From a virus (lineage: Duplodnaviria; Caudoviricetes), in the IMG/VR virus record IMGVR_UViG_3300020045_007953, positions 1 to 29,733 of that record: a stretch of DNA of 29,733 bases, one strand, 5' to 3'. Position numbers and translations under genes: made by a program. Below are positions 1 to 7,396 of this stretch, one piece after another (position 1 is the stretch's first letter; the number at the start of each line of letters is the position of its first letter). The notes under the pieces were generated by a model. The model searched no databases and was not told the DNA's origin. It was given only the letters and a program-made list of their open reading frames with translations.

Positions 1-121
1 TTTTTATTAACGGCGCATGTAAAACAGATAATTTTCATTCGATTGCAGTTTTATGCTTATTTTATTAATCCTAAATCTTTAAGTGCTTCGAGTAGTGTTA
101 CTTCGGTGCGGTTTTCGTAGG
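1..121. repeat. Direct repeat copy 1 (identical to 3202-3322; may extend past the window edge)
   Basis: Base-by-base identity of 1-121 with 3202-3322; sequences diverge at 122/3323. Confidence 0.95.
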
Positions 122-287
122 CTTCCCATGCAACTCTTTGTTCAGGCTCGTAATATCCAACACGCGAAATAACCCAACCACGGTATTGGTATTTACCAGC
201 TCTTATTTTTTTGCAAGGATAAACGGCAGGTAACACAGTGTCATACTGCATACCCTCCGTATTTTGTTGCTTATTTTCTTCGCTCAT
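57..287 (-). CDS. Hypothetical chimeric protein (cassette-gene N-terminus fused to the C-terminus of the 3258-3464 protein)
   Basis: ORF track; last 20 aa YENRTEVTLLEALKDLGLIK identical to ORF 3258-3464; start lies within attC-like site A. Confidence 0.55.
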   Translation of the reverse strand: MSEENKQQNTEGMQYDTVLPAVYPCKKIRAGKYQYRGWVISRVGYYEPEQRVAWEAYENRTEVTLLEALKDLGLIK

Positions 288-356
288 AATTTCTACTGTT
301 TTTAAGGTTTATCGCCCGTAGCAAAAGGCTACGCAGCATACACTAATCCGTTATGG
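225..356 (+). other. attC-like recombination site A
   Basis: TAAC (231-234)...GTTA (350-353); arms AGTGTcATACTGCATACCCT / AGGCTACGCAGCATACACT form an imperfect stem with an extra C and A.C mismatches. Confidence 0.75.
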
Positions 357-542
357 GTTATTTAAGTCGCTACTTTCAGCATTCTTTCGGACTTCTTTGA
401 CTTTCTCATAGAATTTGCATAGTGCAGACTCATATCGGACTTTTGCGCTGCTATTTGCATACGCAATCGGTGACAAGCCAAAGAACTCGGCTATATCCGT
501 ATTGGTTAAGCCAAGTTCTTTTTTTAATTCGTTAATTGTCAT
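351..542 (-). CDS. Small helix-turn-helix (XRE-like) protein
   Basis: MTINELKKELGLTNTDIAEFFGLS is HTH-like; likely ATG at 542 overlaps the upstream gene; stop TAA lies in the GTTA core of site A. Confidence 0.6.
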   Translation of the reverse strand: MTINELKKELGLTNTDIAEFFGLSPIAYANSSAKVRYESALCKFYEKVKEVRKNAESSDLNNP

Positions 543-741
543 CTCCGTAGTTTTGCCAGTTAAAACTATCCGGCGAAGAAACATACATCAATATTGGATT
601 ATTATCTTCATAAATAATACCCACGCTTGATTCTTCCCCTTCATGCTCAAAATCCTCAATGTACTTTGCAATTTCTGATAGTTTATCAAAACTTTCAGTC
701 TGTGATCCGGCAACGCTGTCTGAGTAAGTGAATTTTTTCAT
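532..741 (-). CDS. Hypothetical acidic protein
   Basis: 69-aa ORF with ATG start, tightly packed between neighbours. Confidence 0.55.
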   Translation of the reverse strand: MKKFTYSDSVAGSQTESFDKLSEIAKYIEDFEHEGEESSVGIIYEDNNPILMYVSSPDSFNWQNYGDDN

Positions 742-761
742 TTTGTTGATTTTTAGAATTG

Positions 762-1067
762 TTAAAAAGATGTTATTTCATTTTCAATTTTAATAAAAGC
801 AAAGGCAATACACCAAGTTTGTTTTTCGCTCATTGGAAATGTTGACATGCGGAATCTTTTTGCAATGTCAACAACAAAACCCGAACAATTATTTTCAACT
901 GCAAAAAGAATAGAATCGGCAACGTTTGTATAAGTTTTGTCATTGTAATCAAAATTCATACAGTCGAAAACTTTTTTTGCATTTTTAGAAGTTCTAAGGT
1001 CGTTGATCATTTCTTTTGTCACTGTCTGATAAGTGGCTGCTGCTCTAAGGTCTGCTAATTTTGTCAT
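762..1067 (-). CDS. Hypothetical protein
   Basis: ORF track 762-1100; ATG at 1067 fits the promoter box at 1098-1105. Confidence 0.65.
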   Translation of the reverse strand: MTKLADLRAAATYQTVTKEMINDLRTSKNAKKVFDCMNFDYNDKTYTNVADSILFAVENNCSGFVVDIAKRFRMSTFPMSEKQTWCIAFAFIKIENEITSF

Positions 1068-1097
1068 GGTGTCTTGTTTTATTGTTTTTGTATACAC

Positions 1098-1130
1098 CAA
1101 ATATAAGCATTTACTTAATTCCAGTCAATA
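1098..1130 (-). promoter_or_regulatory. Bacteroidetes-type sigma70 promoter inside cassette 1
   Basis: Minus-strand TATATTTG (-7 consensus TAnnTTTG) at 1105-1098 with ATTG about 20 nt upstream. Confidence 0.55.
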
Positions 1131-1196
1131 GGCAAATGAAAATAAATGAAAATATTTTAAGTATTTACTTAGTTTATATTGATTCTAAATAAAAAC

Positions 1197-1329
1197 AACC
1201 CATAACAAACAAATAACCGCAAGTGGGGCGAAGTCACGCTAAGGATGCTATCCAGAATACGAGCATGTCATTTTTAATGAACTTCAATTAATGCCATCCC
1301 CACCTGCGTTTATTTGCGGCACGTTATAA
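1197..1329 (+). other. attC-like recombination site B
   Basis: TAAC 1203-1206...GTTA 1323-1326; arms CAAATAACCGCAAGTGGGG / CCCCACCTGCGTTTATTTG pair 17 of 19. Confidence 0.8.
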
Positions 1330-1339
1330 ACCCATAATA

Positions 1340-1537
1340 TTAGCATTTCGACAGGTTTTTAGCTGCATTTTTCCAAGCTAACGATGGAAACCATCCACGA
1401 CCTAAAATAAAATGATCAGGCTTTGTGAAACAGTCTGATAAAATCAAATAATGATCACGACTGCTATTTGCCATATCTCTTTTGAAAAATAACTCCGCTT
1501 TCGGATATTTTTCTAATATTTTTTGTCTATCAGTCAT
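1340..1537 (-). CDS. Hypothetical protein (sole gene of cassette 2)
   Basis: 65-aa ORF that fills the space between sites B and C. Confidence 0.65.
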   Translation of the reverse strand: MTDRQKILEKYPKAELFFKRDMANSSRDHYLILSDCFTKPDHFILGRGWFPSLAWKNAAKNLSKC

Positions 1538-1544
1538 AAATTAC

Positions 1545-1642
1545 GGGTTATAACTTCGGCTACCCAAAATAGCCGTTTGGTTTCTTCGTTGACAAGTAAG
1601 TATTTCAAAATCGGCTACTTCGTGTAGCCTTCAACGTTATGC
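1545..1642 (+). other. attC-like recombination site C
   Basis: TAAC 1551-1554...GTTA 1636-1639; arms GGCTACCCAAAATAGCCG / CGGCTACTTCGTGTAGCC pair 15 of 18. Confidence 0.8.
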
Positions 1643-2428
1643 ACAACTTAATTTAGCGTAGTGCATTTTGATACATTCAAAAAGATAATGAGCTATTGTT
1701 GGGTTGACAGAGTTTCCGACTGATCCAACTCTGTGTGTCCAGGATTGAAACCCATTGCCATTTCGAATAACTTCACTCGATCCGATTTGGTGAATCCTTT
1801 TCGACAAAGAATATCCATCATTCTGATTTGGTGTCCACTTTCTAAATATCGACTCAAAGCCTCTGTTTGTGCAAACGTAGCTTTGTAATCGCTTTTCGTT
1901 GGAGTAGGCAATAGCATAGAGTCTTTCTCTTTTGTGTGGGTATCCAAAAGCGATGTTTGATATACATTACCATTCTGTACTATACCCGATTTCGGAAAGG
2001 TCGCATAAGACCCGCTCAAATCCTCGTATAAGCAAATCTGGCGAGTTTTCAATGATGACGTATTCAGGTCTAATACTCCGAATAATTCGGTGCATTTCAC
2101 TCCACAACCCACTGCGCTCTCCTTTGATACCTTCCATTTTTCCCGCAACACTAATGTCCTGGCATGGAAATCCTCCACTAATGATGTTAACTCTTTCGGA
2201 TATTGCTGCTGTTCTAACGTCTGTAAATTGCTCATTATCTTTGTAGTGTTTCTTTAAAATGTTTCTTTGAAATGTTTCATATTCGCAATTCCAAAGGGTT
2301 TTAATTCCAGCTCTTTCAGCACCTTCCTCAAATCCACCGATACCGGAAAACAGAGAACCATGTAAAAGCTGTGCATAACTTTGTATTGCCGTCAAGTCCG
2401 GCAGTGTTGGGTTTTCGAGTGCATTCAT
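1637..2428 (-). pseudogene. dcm: DNA (cytosine-5)-methyltransferase interrupted by one in-frame TAA at 1967-1969
   Basis: Motifs SLFSGIGG (I), GGFPCQD (IV), ENS (VI); past the stop the same frame reads CISNIAFGYPHKRERLY (VIII)...GSVGNSV (X) and ends at TAA 1637-1639. Confidence 0.8.
1693..2235 (-). CDS. Alternative-frame protein nested in dcm (putative beta-subunit-like, motif IX carrier)
   Basis: 180-aa open frame wholly inside dcm; LLPTPTKSDYK and FEMAMGFNPGHT resemble alternative-frame products of phage C5-MTase genes. Confidence 0.55.
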   Translation of the reverse strand: MSNLQTLEQQQYPKELTSLVEDFHARTLVLREKWKVSKESAVGCGVKCTELFGVLDLNTSSLKTRQICLYEDLSGSYATFPKSGIVQNGNVYQTSLLDTHTKEKDSMLLPTPTKSDYKATFAQTEALSRYLESGHQIRMMDILCRKGFTKSDRVKLFEMAMGFNPGHTELDQSETLSTQQ

Positions 2429-2503
2429 TCCGTTTGTAGTTTAAATTAATTTGACACTTTTTTACTCGCAGTCCGTCCCTGCGTCAATACATCAGCGTTA
2501 TAT
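2370..2503 (+). other. attC-like recombination site D
   Basis: TAAC 2376-2379...GTTA 2497-2500; arms TGTATTGCCGTCAAG / CCTGCGTCAATACA. Confidence 0.75.
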
Positions 2504-2509
2504 GGGCAT

Positions 2510-2731
2510 TTAAAGAAGGTCGCGGATCAGGCATTCCATTTCTGTTTGATTTAGCTTTGACTTATCAATCCACTCGCAGACAAATACATTTTTTAGGACT
2601 ATTTCTACATTTTTGATTCCACATTCTTCTTCAATTGTATTTATTGCCCTTGCAAGCTTTCTGGCTTTCGAAAGACTTTTGATTTGAAGTCCTTCAAGTA
2701 TTATTTTACTCTGTTCCATCTTCGGTTGCAT
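2510..2731 (-). CDS. Hypothetical protein (cassette 4)
   Basis: 73-aa ORF overlapping the upstream gene. Confidence 0.55.
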   Translation of the reverse strand: MQPKMEQSKIILEGLQIKSLSKARKLARAINTIEEECGIKNVEIVLKNVFVCEWIDKSKLNQTEMECLIRDLL

Positions 2732-2921
2732 TAAATAGACTTAGTCGTTTTTTATAAAGGCTACAGGCTCTTACTGACAATAGATCCACGTCAACATAAT
2801 TCAGTCTAATTCCCAAATCTCGAATTGCTTCTTTTAACGCATAATCAAATATTCCTCTTTTTGTCGTTGCAACTCCGTCTTTCACTAAGACATTTTCTTT
2901 TTGTTTAATGTAATTACTCAT
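2706..2921 (-). CDS. Hypothetical protein (cassette 4)
   Basis: 71-aa ATG ORF starting just after site E. Confidence 0.55.
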   Translation of the reverse strand: MSNYIKQKENVLVKDGVATTKRGIFDYALKEAIRDLGIRLNYVDVDLLSVRACSLYKKRLSLFNATEDGTE

Positions 2922-2942
2922 AATTTAACTAAGATTAAAAAC

Positions 2943-3067
2943 GCCCAATAACTTATGCTTGCCGTCAAGTGGGGCATAGTCGCTCTCTGACAAGTAACCG
3001 GAAATAATCTGTACTTAGGTGTGATCCGGTTAATTTCCACACCTGCGTCAAGCATTCATGCGTTTAT
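2943..3067 (+). other. attC-like recombination site E (array boundary)
   Basis: TAAC 2949-2952...GTT 3062-3064; arms ATGCTTGCCGTCAAGTGGGG / CCACACCTGCGTCAAGCAT. Confidence 0.75.
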
Positions 3068-3068
3068 C

Positions 3069-3239
3069 TCAAAATAATTTCAATTCTGTTACTTTCTCTT
3101 TTGGTGGTGGTGGTGGCTTGCTGGTGCTGTCTTTTCGGTAATCGGGGCAGCTTTGCAGGTCTTTGGCTTGTATGCCTGGTATTTTCAAAATGCTGCATGT
3201 TTTTTTATTAACGGCGCATGTAAAACAGATAATTTTCAT
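3069..3239 (-). CDS. Small Cys-containing hypothetical protein (56 aa, not in ORF track)
   Basis: Manual translation MKIICFTCAVNKKTCSILK...SCPDY...ELKLF*. Confidence 0.5.
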   Translation of the reverse strand: MKIICFTCAVNKKTCSILKIPGIQAKDLQSCPDYRKDSTSKPPPPPKEKVTELKLF

Positions 3240-3322
3240 TCGATTGCAGTTTTATGCTTATTTTATTAATCCTAAATCTTTAAGTGCTTCGAGTAGTGTT
3301 ACTTCGGTGCGGTTTTCGTAGG
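3202..3322. repeat. Direct repeat copy 2
   Basis: Identical to 1-121. Confidence 0.95.
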
Positions 3323-3464
3323 TGTAGCGGCCTTCTATACAATGCGGACAATTTGCTTTGAATTTCTGCCCGGAGGCGTTGGCTTTTAGCTTATAGCCTA
3401 ATCCGCCGCAAATACCGCATAGTCTGGTAACATTTTCGAGTTTGGAAACTTTATATTCTGCCAT
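3258..3464 (-). CDS. Small zinc-finger protein (DnaJ-like CxxCxGxG)
   Basis: CGICGGLG...CPHC motifs. Confidence 0.7.
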   Translation of the reverse strand: MAEYKVSKLENVTRLCGICGGLGYKLKANASGQKFKANCPHCIEGRYTYENRTEVTLLEALKDLGLIK

Positions 3465-3474
3465 TTGTCTGGTT

Positions 3475-4752
3475 TTAAACCGCGCGCTTGCGGATGGTGT
3501 CCATGTTGTTTTGTATCAGGCTTATTATTTGGCTGTGGTATGGCGTTTCTGAATTATGAATGCCCCGGCTTTGCAAAATGTCGAAGGTGTCTAATGAAAC
3601 CTCAACGGTTTCTAACCTTTTATTTTTTTTGCGGGCCGATAAAATAAGCGATTTCGATTTTTTGTAATATTCGTTAGTGAATACACAATGGTGCAGCTCG
3701 TCGCCTTCTTTTAAAAATTCGGACACATCGGGCAAAACCATTATTTTTAGGTCTGCCTCCTGAATTGTTAAGTCTAAAAAATTGGCCTTTGCTTTTAAAT
3801 ATTCGGCGTTTGCTTCGCTTATCCGCTGTTTTTGTTTTTCTATTTTTTCGAGGGCTTGTTTTTTCCTTTTTTTCACCATTAGCCGGTCGTGTTCGGCTTT
3901 TAAATTCTTCGGACAAACGTAATGCGCATTGTGTACGTCTTTATTGAAATACTTCAATAAATCGATGTAATCGGTCCACAAAACAGCGTCTTTTATCTTA
4001 TAGTTGTTGCGGATGCAAATTTTTACTGATGGCCAAAATCCGTATAAACTGCGGTTAATCCTGAAACTTAATAAACTACCCTGTTTGGCTTTTAGCAGCG
4101 TTTCAAAATATTGGTCAGAAATTAGCTCTTTGAAAAATTTAAGCGGCGAAATTCCGTAAAAATTACCATCAAAACCGTTGCGTTTAAATACCGGTAATAT
4201 TTGCGCTTCGGGGTGTGTAGTGTATGGTGGTATGTTGTGCCTGTATTCTGCTTTGTAGTTTCCGCGTGATTCCTGTACTTTCATTTCTTTACTGAAATTC
4301 CAACAATCTACGGGCTGACTCATTGCATTACATGGTAAACACATGGTAACATGTTCGGCTTTTTCTGTTATGTAGTGCTGCATTACTTCTTTAGCGTAGT
4401 ATTGTGCCGGTTCGTTTAATTTCAGTATTTTACTAACCCATACAATGCGCACAATCTGGTAACCTCCGCAAATTTCTAATACGGCAAAATATCCGGCGTG
4501 GCGGTAACCTGTATAGTATTGGCTTATCCTTTGTAGTTTTGTGGCACATTCGGGGCATGTTTGTTGTTTTCTTTTATTGGTGGCTGTCCACTTATGCCCG
4601 CACTCCAAACAATACAATTTACCCCGCGAAGTATGAAAAAATTTATCAAGCGCGTAGGTTTGTCCCCATTCTTTTTGAGCGGCTGATATTGGCAATAAAT
4701 GCCATTTACTTAGCTCTGTTATTCGGGCGTGTAGTTTGTATTTTGGTTCCAT
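3475..4752 (-). CDS. pcfJ: PcfJ-like protein
   Basis: N-terminal Cys pairs; WTDYIDLLKYF, YVCPKNLKAEHD, EGDELHHCV, RLETVEV motifs; adjacent to a pcfK-like gene. Confidence 0.9.
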   Translation of the reverse strand: MEPKYKLHARITELSKWHLLPISAAQKEWGQTYALDKFFHTSRGKLYCLECGHKWTATNKRKQQTCPECATKLQRISQYYTGYRHAGYFAVLEICGGYQIVRIVWVSKILKLNEPAQYYAKEVMQHYITEKAEHVTMCLPCNAMSQPVDCWNFSKEMKVQESRGNYKAEYRHNIPPYTTHPEAQILPVFKRNGFDGNFYGISPLKFFKELISDQYFETLLKAKQGSLLSFRINRSLYGFWPSVKICIRNNYKIKDAVLWTDYIDLLKYFNKDVHNAHYVCPKNLKAEHDRLMVKKRKKQALEKIEKQKQRISEANAEYLKAKANFLDLTIQEADLKIMVLPDVSEFLKEGDELHHCVFTNEYYKKSKSLILSARKKNKRLETVEVSLDTFDILQSRGIHNSETPYHSQIISLIQNNMDTIRKRAV

Positions 4753-4755
4753 AGT

Positions 4756-5130
4756 CTAAAATAAACGGGGTTGTAATTCGTCTGCATTTGCTTTTTGGGG
4801 CTGTTTTTTTGCCTCTTTTTGTGGTGTTTGCTTCGCTTGTGCCTCCGGCTCCATATCGGCGCCGGCTGAATGATTTACCACTACTTTGCATTTTATTGGC
4901 TTACCTACTTCTATGGCGGCCTCATCGTAGTAATGTATGGCCATGCCAAATATTTCGGAGTCAGAAAATCCGTTGCAGCCCGATTTTTGCACCTGATTAA
5001 GTATGTAGGTTATACAGTCGTCAATATTTTTATTTTCGGCGGCGAATTTTTCGGCGAATGGTGCATCGTTGGCGGCTTTGGCTTCTAAATGCTCCTGTAT
5101 TATCTGTTTAAATGTATCGGTCGATTTCAT
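4756..5130 (-). CDS. pcfK: PcfK-like protein
   Basis: KNIDDCITYILNQVQKSGCNGFSDSEIFGMAIHYYDE is the PcfK signature. Confidence 0.9.
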   Translation of the reverse strand: MKSTDTFKQIIQEHLEAKAANDAPFAEKFAAENKNIDDCITYILNQVQKSGCNGFSDSEIFGMAIHYYDEAAIEVGKPIKCKVVVNHSAGADMEPEAQAKQTPQKEAKKQPQKANADELQPRLF

Positions 5131-5148
5131 TGTAGTAGTTTTTAGCTG

Positions 5149-5328
5149 TTAATTTTCTTCGGGTTGCTTTTTTATTTTCCAAACTTTATCCAGGTTGCGC
5201 GGTTCGGTGCATTCTCTGAATTCGTAGCACTCGGCTTGTATTTCGCAGCCGTCGCAGCATAATGGCGCGGGCTGTTTTTTGGCTTGCTTTACCAGCTCGT
5301 AGGTTATTCCGGCGTGGGTCTTTTCCAT
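5149..5328 (-). CDS. Small Cys-rich hypothetical protein (59 aa, not in ORF track)
   Basis: Manual translation MEKTHAGITYELVK...CCDGC...EC...EC...*; fills the gap between neighbours. Confidence 0.55.
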   Translation of the reverse strand: MEKTHAGITYELVKQAKKQPAPLCCDGCEIQAECYEFRECTEPRNLDKVWKIKKQPEEN

Positions 5329-5330
5329 GG

Positions 5331-5546
5331 CTATATGCTTATGTGTTGACCGTTTATTTTGGCGGTTGGTAGCCGTATTCCGCCGCTCAATGGTTTATCG
5401 GGCCGCCTCAACGGTGCAACCGGATAGCCTAACAGTGAATTGTAGTCTTTGGGCAGGTGACAATTGTATAGCCCGTTTACAAATGGCTTAAATTTCGAGA
5501 ATACCATTTCTTCTGATGGTATCGACTCGCGGCGTTTACATCCCAT
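5331..5546 (-). CDS. Hypothetical protein
   Basis: 71-aa ORF in an operon-like chain. Confidence 0.5.
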   Translation of the reverse strand: MGCKRRESIPSEEMVFSKFKPFVNGLYNCHLPKDYNSLLGYPVAPLRRPDKPLSGGIRLPTAKINGQHISI

Positions 5547-5799
5547 GTTTATTGTGTTTTAGTTGTTTAATGCTCGATTGTAGTAGATAGTAGCGGGCTA
5601 CTTTTTTGCCGCCTTTGAGTGTTACCATTTCGCGCTGTATGGGTAAATTGTACGGGTCGGTGCGCAGGTCGAAAATACGGGCGCCGAGGCGTAGCGATCC
5701 GTAAAAGTTGAGCGCTTCGATGGGTGTTATCTTTTCGCCGCTGAGCAAATGGCTGCGTATTTGTTCGTTCTGGCTGGCTGTGGTGTCGGCTTTGCTCAT
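5536..5799 (-). CDS. Winged helix-turn-helix protein (HTH_39-like)
   Basis: SQNEQIRSHLLSGEKITPIEAL...RLGARIFDLR pattern. Confidence 0.8.
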   Translation of the reverse strand: MSKADTTASQNEQIRSHLLSGEKITPIEALNFYGSLRLGARIFDLRTDPYNLPIQREMVTLKGGKKVARYYLLQSSIKQLKHNKHGM

Positions 5800-5801
5800 G
5801 G

Positions 5802-6365
5802 CTACCCGAATAATGAATCGTTAATAATTTTCGGCATAACAATAGCCTCCTGTCCCTCAACCCCCGGGCAGTCGATTAGTATGGCGGTTGAAACGCCCGT
5901 AAACTGCATACGCATATTGTTTGATGGGTTGTAAATGGCTTTGGCGAGGCGTGCGAAGTGTTCTGGGTTAATGCCTATAAATGTTAGTGATGTAAGGCCC
6001 CTGCGTGTTAACATGCTTTCGAAATTCGGGGTTTTTTCGCCCATCTTTTCGAAATAATCGAAAAACGCTGTTTGCCCTGATGTGCTTTTGCAATATACGC
6101 CCGTTTCGGTGGCTTCGGCAATTTCGAAAGTCATAATTACCTTGTAACTGTCTTTGTGTATGGCTTTGCCTTCTAATTGCTCTTTGTTTACTACTGAATG
6201 TAATTCGAGCGTTTGTTTAATCATTACTATGCCGTCGGAGGCATAGGCAAAACCATTCATAAAATGAACGCATTGCATCATGGGGCGCAGTTCGTCGTTG
6301 GCGCAGCATTCGTACAGTTTTGTTGTAAATGTCTGCTTTTGGGTTTTTTCGGTGTTTGTTGCCAT
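5802..6365 (-). CDS. DNA polymerase III beta-clamp-like protein (half length)
   Basis: ANDELRPMMQCVHF...YASDG and C-terminal AIVMP resemble the DnaN middle and C-terminal domains. Confidence 0.55.
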   Translation of the reverse strand: MATNTEKTQKQTFTTKLYECCANDELRPMMQCVHFMNGFAYASDGIVMIKQTLELHSVVNKEQLEGKAIHKDSYKVIMTFEIAEATETGVYCKSTSGQTAFFDYFEKMGEKTPNFESMLTRRGLTSLTFIGINPEHFARLAKAIYNPSNNMRMQFTGVSTAILIDCPGVEGQEAIVMPKIINDSLFG

Positions 6366-6403
6366 TGTAGTGAAATTATAAATGTTAAATTTTGAATGTT
6401 GAA

Positions 6404-6559
6404 TTATTCGTCGTTTGTTTCGGTGTAGTCGAAATGTATGTCGCTGGGTATTACGCCGAGCTGTTGGCTTAAATCTACTTTTAGCGCGGCCAGGCTTTGC
6501 AGGTCGTCAACCAATATCTGCGAGTTCAGGACTGTGATTTTTGTTACTTTTAAAATCAT
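6404..6559 (-). CDS. Hypothetical protein (51 aa, not in ORF track)
   Basis: Manual translation MILKVTKITVLNSQILVDDL...HFDYTETNDE*. Confidence 0.45.
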   Translation of the reverse strand: MILKVTKITVLNSQILVDDLQSLAALKVDLSQQLGVIPSDIHFDYTETNDE

Positions 6560-7136
6560 GGCTGTTGTGGGTTAAAAAGTTCGTTATTTGCTTTATTATC
6601 ATTTTTTGCCTGGTGCCGCGCATAGGCTCCGACTGTATAAAATGTCGGGTGTATATTTGCTGTACTTCGGCTGAATATCCGTATAGCTCTAAATTTTTCA
6701 GGTTGGCGGCGTGCATACGGTCGAGCGTGGCGGCGCGGCTGGTGTTGTATGTGCTTTCGTCTTCCTGGTCGTTTTTGTCGCTTATTTCGCAAAATGTGGC
6801 TACCTCAACGGTGTTACCTTTTGTGTTCAGTATCTTTTGTCCTACTGTGTTTTTCCTGAAACTGGCAAAGTGTGAGCTGGCGTTTACTTTTATCATTGTC
6901 AACACAAATTTGTCGAGCTCGGTGGTTGGCCGCCCGTTTACTATTTTGCGAGTTTCGCGGCTTATCATGCCTTCTATTTTGTCTTCGGGCTTGCGTAGCA
7001 GGTCGGCTATTATGTCGTTCATCAGGTCGTCGGCCCATCCTTCCAAATGCTGTACCTTACACAGGTGGCGGCTGTAATCCATCCAGTTCGGATATCGGAA
7101 GGTTATATAGGCTGAAATGATGGCGGACATGGGCAA
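6507..7136 (-). CDS. Hypothetical protein, possibly sigma-factor-like regulator
   Basis: 209-aa ORF; N-terminal YPNWMDYS...ADDLMNDII loosely resembles ECF sigma region 2. Confidence 0.55.
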   Translation of the reverse strand: MPMSAIISAYITFRYPNWMDYSRHLCKVQHLEGWADDLMNDIIADLLRKPEDKIEGMISRETRKIVNGRPTTELDKFVLTMIKVNASSHFASFRKNTVGQKILNTKGNTVEVATFCEISDKNDQEDESTYNTSRAATLDRMHAANLKNLELYGYSAEVQQIYTRHFIQSEPMRGTRQKMIIKQITNFLTHNSHDFKSNKNHSPELADIG

Positions 7137-7165
7137 ATGTTGAATTTTGTGTCTTGTGTCTTAAA

Positions 7166-7396
7166 TTATTGGCGTTGATTGTAGCCGCATATTTTACATG
7201 TTTCGAAGGTGGCGCCGTGTGTTTTGGGGTCGGTTTCGAATTCATGTTCGCAAATGGCCTGCAGGTCGAGTTTTGCTACTTTAAGCTGGCGTTGGCGCTT
7301 TTCAGTCTTCTTTAGTTCCTGGTCAATTTGTGTTACCAGCGAATTGATGTTTTCTTTCATCAGGTCGGTATCGATTTTTAGCGGTACTGTAAACAT
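7166..7396 (-). CDS. Coiled-coil plus Zn-ribbon hypothetical protein
   Basis: CEH...CKICG motif after a coiled-coil segment. Confidence 0.65.
   Translation of the reverse strand: MFTVPLKIDTDLMKENINSLVTQIDQELKKTEKRQRQLKVAKLDLQAICEHEFETDPKTHGATFETCKICGYNQRQ

Noticed and set aside
1967-1969. Stop-codon reassignment
   Set aside because: It is a single TAA case; TAA, TAG and TGA end other genes normally and long genes are intact in code 11
225-3067. CRISPR array or plain terminators as an explanation of the palindromes
   Set aside because: Units are long, non-identical, separated by whole genes, lack U-tails, and show cassette-end complementarity
1-3322. Diversity-generating retroelement TR/VR pair
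   Set aside because: The copies are identical with no adenine-specific mismatches, and no reverse transcriptase is in the window
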